A stretch of 64,000 bases of DNA from Polyangiaceae bacterium (GTDB taxonomy: Bacteria > Myxococcota_A > Polyangia > Polyangiales > Polyangiaceae), in contig JAPSGB010000020.1 of assembly GCA_035063585.1 (NCBI GenBank), positions 1 to 64,000 of the forward strand. Reading direction: 5' to 3'. A program made the translations under genes and the position numbers. Position 1 is the first letter of the stretch; every line of letters begins with the position of its first letter. Shown here in pieces: positions 59,004 to 64,000 of this stretch. Under the pieces are notes generated by a model. That model worked only from the letters and a program-made list of their open reading frames with translations. It had not been told where the DNA came from and searched no databases.

Positions 59004-59966
59004 ATGTCGAGTCTCCGCCGCGCCATCGCGCCGATGTGCCTCGGGCTTGCCGCGCTCGCTTTCACGCCCATCGCGCAGGCCGAGGACGCGAACACCCTCG
59101 CAGAAGCTCGCCGGCTCTACACGGACGCCGCGAGATCGTTCAAGGACCAGCGCTACAAAGAGGCCGCGCTCGGGTTCGAGGCGGCCAGCGCGCTCCACGC
59201 CCACGCGGTCGCGCTCTACACCGCGGCCCAAGCGTGGGAGATGGCCGGTGAGCCCGCGCGCGCAGCGGACGATTTCTCCTTGGCGCTCTCCACACCAAAG
59301 CTGAGTGAGAGCCAAGCCGCGCGCGCGCGCGAGCGGCTCGACGCGCTCGAGCAGGAGCTCGGCACGGTCGTGGTCCTGGGAGACGATTCGACCAAGGTGC
59401 AGCTCGGCGGCCACAGCGAGTTTCACGCGTCGGTGCGGCTACACGGCGAGCCCGGCGAGCACACGCTGCTCATCATCAAGGCCACCGGCCAGGTCGAACG
59501 GCGCGTGGTCTCGCTCACCGCGGGCGCAACCGTCGAGGTCGACACGCGCGCGCCCGCTCGTGACGGCGCCGCGATACCGCGAGCCACCCCGCTCGCGCCC
59601 CCGGCCAAGCACCCCGTCGACCCCGAGTCGAATGACGCGCGGCCCTCGAGCGGGAGCGCGACGCTACGGACGGTCGGCTACGCGCTCGCCGGCGCGGGCC
59701 TCGGGGCCCTCGGCGGCGCGGTGTTCCTCGGTCTATCGGCGAATGACGCCAAGAGCGCCTACGATGGCACGCCGACCCGGGATACCTACGACCACGCGAA
59801 ATCGCTCGAACGAAACACCAACCTGATGCTCATCGCGGGAGGCGTGCTGACCGCCGGCGGGGTCGGGCTCGTGCTCTGGCAGTCGACCGGCGGGCGTGGC
59901 GCGGCGAAGGCGACGGTCGGGCTCCGCGCGACGCCGAGCGCCTTCTTGGCGGAAGGGAGCTTCTGA
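59004..59966 (+). CDS. Secreted TPR + PEGA-like protein with Gly-zipper hairpin and C-terminal Phe
   Basis: Signal peptide AQA; ARRLY..YKEAA..FE (TPR); EPGEHTL; GAGLGALGG and GGVLTAGGVG helices; ends AEGSF. Confidence 0.8.
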   Translation: MSSLRRAIAPMCLGLAALAFTPIAQAEDANTLAEARRLYTDAARSFKDQRYKEAALGFEAASALHAHAVALYTAAQAWEMAGEPARAADDFSLALSTPKLSESQAARARERLDALEQELGTVVVLGDDSTKVQLGGHSEFHASVRLHGEPGEHTLLIIKATGQVERRVVSLTAGATVEVDTRAPARDGAAIPRATPLAPPAKHPVDPESNDARPSSGSATLRTVGYALAGAGLGALGGAVFLGLSANDAKSAYDGTPTRDTYDHAKSLERNTNLMLIAGGVLTAGGVGLVLWQSTGGRGAAKATVGLRATPSAFLAEGSF

Positions 59967-61456
59967 TGCGCGCGCAGTTCGTGAAGGCCTGCATCTCGGG
60001 CGCGCTCCTCGCCGCCGGGCTCGCCTCGTGCAGCCTCGGCCTCGACGAGAGCCTCATGAGCCGCGGCGCTGCCGGAAGCGGCACCAGCACGGGCGGCACG
60101 AGCGGCGCCGGCGGAGCGAGCGGCAGCGGCGGTGCGCCGGCCACCGGCGGGACGGGCGGCGCGGGAGGCCCCTGCAAGGACAGCTCGGACTGCCCCGCGA
60201 ACGGCTGCTACGAAGGTGAGTGCGTGAGCAATACCTGCGTCTACTCACGCTGCCCGACCGCCGCGGCCTGCGAGGTGCGAAGCTGCAACGAGGCGACCAA
60301 CACCTGCGGCGCCCCCTCGCCCCTCGGGTTCCACTCGGGTCGCATCGACCTCGGGGAGCCGTTCGGTTGCGCGGGCTCTCCGGCGCGCTGCGTGGCGGCG
60401 TTCGGCGACTACATCTTCGCCGTAACGGACAGGAGACTCTTCGGCTGGCGCATCACCGATCCGAGCCACCCGGAGCCGCTCATCATCGACACCCCGTTCT
60501 TCGGGACTCAAATCACGCGTCTGGTCGCCACCGGCGGGCGACTGCTCGTGCTCGGGCCCGCGCTGAACGGCCGGCTCAACCTGGCGTGGCTCGAACCGCC
60601 CTCGGGCCCGACGAGCACGAGGTGCGAGGTGACCGCCAGCGCCGTCACGTTCACCGACGGCATCAGCTATGGCTTCCCGGGCGAGCCGGGCAGCGCGTTC
60701 ATCGTGTGGCATAAATCGCTCTTTCCCGCCGCGTATCTGACGCCCCCCACCGCCAACGACTCGACGCTCGCGATGCAGCTCTCCACCGGCCTCGCGACTG
60801 ACGCAAACGTGATCGGCTCGAGCGGCACCCGCTTGGTCGCGTTCCGCGTCGACACCACGGACCCCGCGTCGTACCTCGGGTATTTCAGCCTCGAGACCAA
60901 CGCGGGTACCGTGAACGCACAGCCTTCGCCCGAGCAGGCGATGACCGGCGCGGGCGACGTACCGAACTCCCTGCCCGCCCATGTTTTCGCGAGCGGCTTC
61001 GACGGCTCGGTGGTCTGGCTCACCAACCACGTCGCCACCGACGAGGGGGCCGGCGTGCGCTACGGGGACGGCGTGATCTTGCGCTGGCCGCTCCACGGCC
61101 ACGCGGACAGCTTCGATGACGGCGTGAGCGTCGTGCTCGAGACGTATCCGCCCTTCGACCCCGACGCAGCCGATCGCGTCGGGCCGCTCGCGCTCGTCGG
61201 CGCCGGCGCGGTGGTCGCCACCACGGGCCTCCCTTCCGACCCCACCCTGGGGGCGAACGTCTACTCCGTGGTGCGCGACGACACGAGGGACCCGAAGCTC
61301 ACGCGCGGCGGCGCCTCGTTCGTGCTCCCACATGCCGCGCGCTCACTCGGCGTCGCCGGCGGCGACCGCTTCGGCTTCGTCAGCACGCCGCGCACGACGA
61401 CACCACCCGAGGCGGCGGACACCGCGATTCACATCTTCGCGCCCGCGTGCAACTGA
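59966..61456 (+). CDS. Cys-rich surface lipoprotein
   Basis: LASC lipobox, Gly linker, CKDSSDC..C repeats; TGATG overlap with the previous gene. Confidence 0.8.
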   Translation: MRAQFVKACISGALLAAGLASCSLGLDESLMSRGAAGSGTSTGGTSGAGGASGSGGAPATGGTGGAGGPCKDSSDCPANGCYEGECVSNTCVYSRCPTAAACEVRSCNEATNTCGAPSPLGFHSGRIDLGEPFGCAGSPARCVAAFGDYIFAVTDRRLFGWRITDPSHPEPLIIDTPFFGTQITRLVATGGRLLVLGPALNGRLNLAWLEPPSGPTSTRCEVTASAVTFTDGISYGFPGEPGSAFIVWHKSLFPAAYLTPPTANDSTLAMQLSTGLATDANVIGSSGTRLVAFRVDTTDPASYLGYFSLETNAGTVNAQPSPEQAMTGAGDVPNSLPAHVFASGFDGSVVWLTNHVATDEGAGVRYGDGVILRWPLHGHADSFDDGVSVVLETYPPFDPDAADRVGPLALVGAGAVVATTGLPSDPTLGANVYSVVRDDTRDPKLTRGGASFVLPHAARSLGVAGGDRFGFVSTPRTTTPPEAADTAIHIFAPACN

Positions 61457-61469
61457 CGCTCCGGGGGGT

Positions 61470-61496
61470 TGTCGGTCCGGCGCGGAACCGCGCCGG
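61470..61496 (+). repeat. REP-like element, subtype A, forming hairpin CCGGCGCGG-AA-CCGCGCCGG between convergent genes
   Basis: TGTCGGTCCGGCGCGGAACCGCG at 61470-61492, 22/23 to consensus. Confidence 0.75.
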
Positions 61497-61558
61497 GTGC
61501 CCAGCCGAGAGGCCGGCTGGCTCGGGCCACCCGGCCCGCAGCGCGTCGTCAGGCCGCC

Positions 61559-62689
61559 TCAGCGCACCACGAGGCTCATGCGCGTCCACGCCGCGCCGCC
61601 CCGGTTGTCCTGCACGACCGCCCACACGGTGACCGGTCCCGGGCGCTTCGGCGCGCGGAAGGTGGTGCCGTAGTCTTCGTTCCAGCCGCGCTTTGCGTCG
61701 TTCACGAGCCGCACCTCCGAGGCGAGCGTGCCCGAGGTCGCGTAGTAGCGGACCCACATCTGCTCGGTGAGCCCGCGCCCACCGCCGGTGTCCGCCGCGA
61801 GCCGATCGGGCTCGACGCTCGCTCGCAGGATCGCCGGCTTCAGCGTGAGCTCCGGGCAGTCCGGGCCGCCATTGTCGTCACAATGCGGCACGCAGCGGGC
61901 GTCCCCGCCCGCGCAGTCGATGGGCTCGGGCGGCTCGAGCGGCGAGGGCTCGTCGCATCCGCCGGAGCGCGTCGGCTCGGGCAGGCCGAGCGAGCACGCC
62001 GTCACGAGGCACTCGTCCCCGACGCAGTCCGCCGGGACGTCTGCCTGTCCGTTGAAGGTGAAGGTGCGCGAAAGCTCGGGGTTCAGGTTTCTGTACCCGT
62101 CATAGAGGTAGATGGACGAATAGCCCGCGACGAAATCGTCCGGGCCGAGCGCCTTGCCCGAAGCGTCCCGGCAGACGAGCGGAAAATCGGCCTCCGAGGT
62201 CGGCGCCTCGAAGCCCAGCTCGCCCGCGCACAGCGCGAAGAAGACGTACGCGACGCCGTAGGGCGGCATCCGAGGGTCCGGAGAGCTCCGCAGGATCGGC
62301 TGCCCGTCGGGGAGGCTCGTGGGGATCTCGAGCGAAAATGAGCTCGAATTGAAGCCCAGCGTCGGAGCTGGCCCCGGGCTCGGGCTCCCACCGAGCTGCG
62401 CGGCCGCCTGATAGAGCTGCGGGAAGCAGCCGTAGTAGAGATCGCCCGGCGGATCGAAGCAGCCACCCATCCACATCGCCCGCACCGTGCGCGGCGCCGC
62501 CTTCGAGGCGTCGTGCCAGAGCATGTCGAGCGTGACCGTCTCCCCCGGACGCGCGTACGGGGCGCTCTTCGTCACGCCGAGGATGCGGAGGCTGTTTACC
62601 TTGCTCGCCGGATCGAATTGCGGCCCGCAACCGCTCGCCGCGAGAGCGAGGCCGAGCGCGACCGCGCGGCTGACGAGAGTGGCGCGCAT
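61559..62689 (-). CDS. Lipoprotein associated with the TonB-dependent receptor
   Basis: ASGC lipobox; SLRILGV..PYARPGE; WAVVQDNRGGAAW; ATG 2 bp after the receptor stop. Confidence 0.8.
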   Translation of the reverse strand: MRATLVSRAVALGLALAASGCGPQFDPASKVNSLRILGVTKSAPYARPGETVTLDMLWHDASKAAPRTVRAMWMGGCFDPPGDLYYGCFPQLYQAAAQLGGSPSPGPAPTLGFNSSSFSLEIPTSLPDGQPILRSSPDPRMPPYGVAYVFFALCAGELGFEAPTSEADFPLVCRDASGKALGPDDFVAGYSSIYLYDGYRNLNPELSRTFTFNGQADVPADCVGDECLVTACSLGLPEPTRSGGCDEPSPLEPPEPIDCAGGDARCVPHCDDNGGPDCPELTLKPAILRASVEPDRLAADTGGGRGLTEQMWVRYYATSGTLASEVRLVNDAKRGWNEDYGTTFRAPKRPGPVTVWAVVQDNRGGAAWTRMSLVVR

Positions 62690-62690
62690 C

Positions 62691-64000
62691 TTAGAACTCA
62701 CCTCGAACCCCGACGCTGGGGAGGATCGGGAGCCCGCTCTGATAGGTGTGCTGGCTATAATTGTAGTTATAAGAGATCCCCTCGATCGCGGCGTTATTGT
62801 AGACGTTCTGCACGTCGAGGTACGCCGAGAGCCGCCAGTCCTCGAACTGCCAGCGCTTGTCCACGCGAATGTCGAGCTGGTGAAAGAGCGGCAGCCGCTC
62901 GCTGTCGACGGCGCCCTGGAGCGGCGTGTACGCGCCCGCGTCGGCCGCGTAGAGCGCGGGCATCCCGGCGAGCACCGGCGTCACGAGCGAGCCGCTCACG
63001 ATGCGGAAGCGCGCCCCGAACTCCCACCCGCGACCGAGGCGGTAGCTGCCGAGCGCGGTCAGGTTATGGGTCTGATCGTAGTGATAGAGAAACTCGGGCT
63101 CGTCCGGAGCGGTCTGCCGAATGCTTCGTGACAGGGTGTAGGCGATCCAGCCGAAGAAGCGCTTGTCTGGCTTGTACTTGATGAGCGTCTCGAGCCCCAC
63201 GACGTAGCCCGAGCCGTCGTTGCCGTAGCGATATCCGGTCCCCTCGGGCACGCTCGACACGAGGCTCGAGAGATCCTTGAAGAACCCTTCTACGTCCGCC
63301 TCGACGTGACGACTGAGCTCCTGCTCGACGCCCACCGAGTAGTGGATGGCGCGGTTCGAGTAGAGCCCCGGGGTGCCGAAGGCGTTGGTCGTCTGCTGAT
63401 ACTGCGGCGGCTGAGCGAAGAGACCGACGCCGCCCTTGACCGTGGTGCGGAGGTGACGCGGCGCGGAGTCGTCGCCGGCGCCCTCATCGTGAGGCGACAC
63501 TACATCGTAGCGCGCGTTGAGGCGCGGGCTGAAATCGAGATGCCCGGTGTCGCGCGCGTAGTCGAGGCGCGCGCCCGGCACGACGCGGAGGCGCCGCGTC
63601 GGGGTGAGCTCGGCCTCCGCGTACCACGCAGGTCGGAACACCGTGCCCTTGAAGTGCGCGTCGATGGGCGGCCGCGTGGAGAACGGCCCCGGGTCGGGCT
63701 CGCCGGGACGCGGAGGCTGCGGCGCGCGCACTCCGGCATCGTAAGGCGCCGCGTAGTAATCCATGCCGAGGTTCAGCTTGAAGCCCTCGGCGACCCGCCA
63801 GCCGAGCTCGTTCCGCAGCTCGATCGGATGCGCGACGAGCGCGAAATTGAAGGTTCCGACGGAGAAATCGAGAGCATCCTTCCCGACCGACAGCATCGAG
63901 GAGAGCTCCGCGTCACGCGCGAGCTTGCCGCTGTAGAGCCCCTGGATGCGCCAGAACGCGGTGCCGAAGGTCAGGTTGCCGCCGAAGCCCGGATCTTCGG
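62691..64000 (-). CDS. TonB-dependent receptor (C-terminal barrel; truncated by the window edge)
   Basis: PGARLDY, FSPRL, GWIAYTLSRS, DQTHNL, RLPLFHQLDIRVDK, LDVQNVYN; ends GVRGEF. Confidence 0.92.
   Translation of the reverse strand, partial: EDPGFGGNLTFGTAFWRIQGLYSGKLARDAELSSMLSVGKDALDFSVGTFNFALVAHPIELRNELGWRVAEGFKLNLGMDYYAAPYDAGVRAPQPPRPGEPDPGPFSTRPPIDAHFKGTVFRPAWYAEAELTPTRRLRVVPGARLDYARDTGHLDFSPRLNARYDVVSPHDEGAGDDSAPRHLRTTVKGGVGLFAQPPQYQQTTNAFGTPGLYSNRAIHYSVGVEQELSRHVEADVEGFFKDLSSLVSSVPEGTGYRYGNDGSGYVVGLETLIKYKPDKRFFGWIAYTLSRSIRQTAPDEPEFLYHYDQTHNLTALGSYRLGRGWEFGARFRIVSGSLVTPVLAGMPALYAADAGAYTPLQGAVDSERLPLFHQLDIRVDKRWQFEDWRLSAYLDVQNVYNNAAIEGISYNYNYSQHTYQSGLPILPSVGVRGEF

Overview
A very GC-rich bacterial chromosome segment. 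Gene content points to Myxococcota, probably Polyangiaceae/Sorangiineae: four Hanks-type Ser/Thr kinases, a MYXO-CTERM-like surface protein, a fibro-slime protein, Gly-rich lipoproteins and an ElbD-like ether-lipid enzyme. About 42 CDSs are supportable. They include hutG-hutF, an ABC-F ATPase, an ElbD-like FAR-A-T-acyltransferase with an extra SCP2-like tail, a LarA/DUF2088 protein, an orphan DPPY adenine methyltransferase, an APH kinase/APS-kinase-like/CoA-transferase-GNAT operon, an ECF sigma factor with a 1401-aa FecR-VIT-vWA-TPR anti-sigma, pgsB-pgsC-pgsW, terC/alx, malQ, an Omp85-DUF4390 pair, sppA and a truncated TonB-dependent receptor. A cobalamin riboswitch precedes a beta-propeller lipoprotein. 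I saw no tRNA, rRNA, CRISPR array, transposase or phage gene. The main unexplained signal is a REP-like intergenic repeat family, core TGYCGGTYCGGCGCGG followed by AACCGCG or CCGGCG, with about a dozen copies. Three copies are directly followed by tandem duplications or VNTRs, and some copies form outward-facing inverted pairs. Product calls come from motifs recognised by eye; no database search was run and many start codons are approximate.
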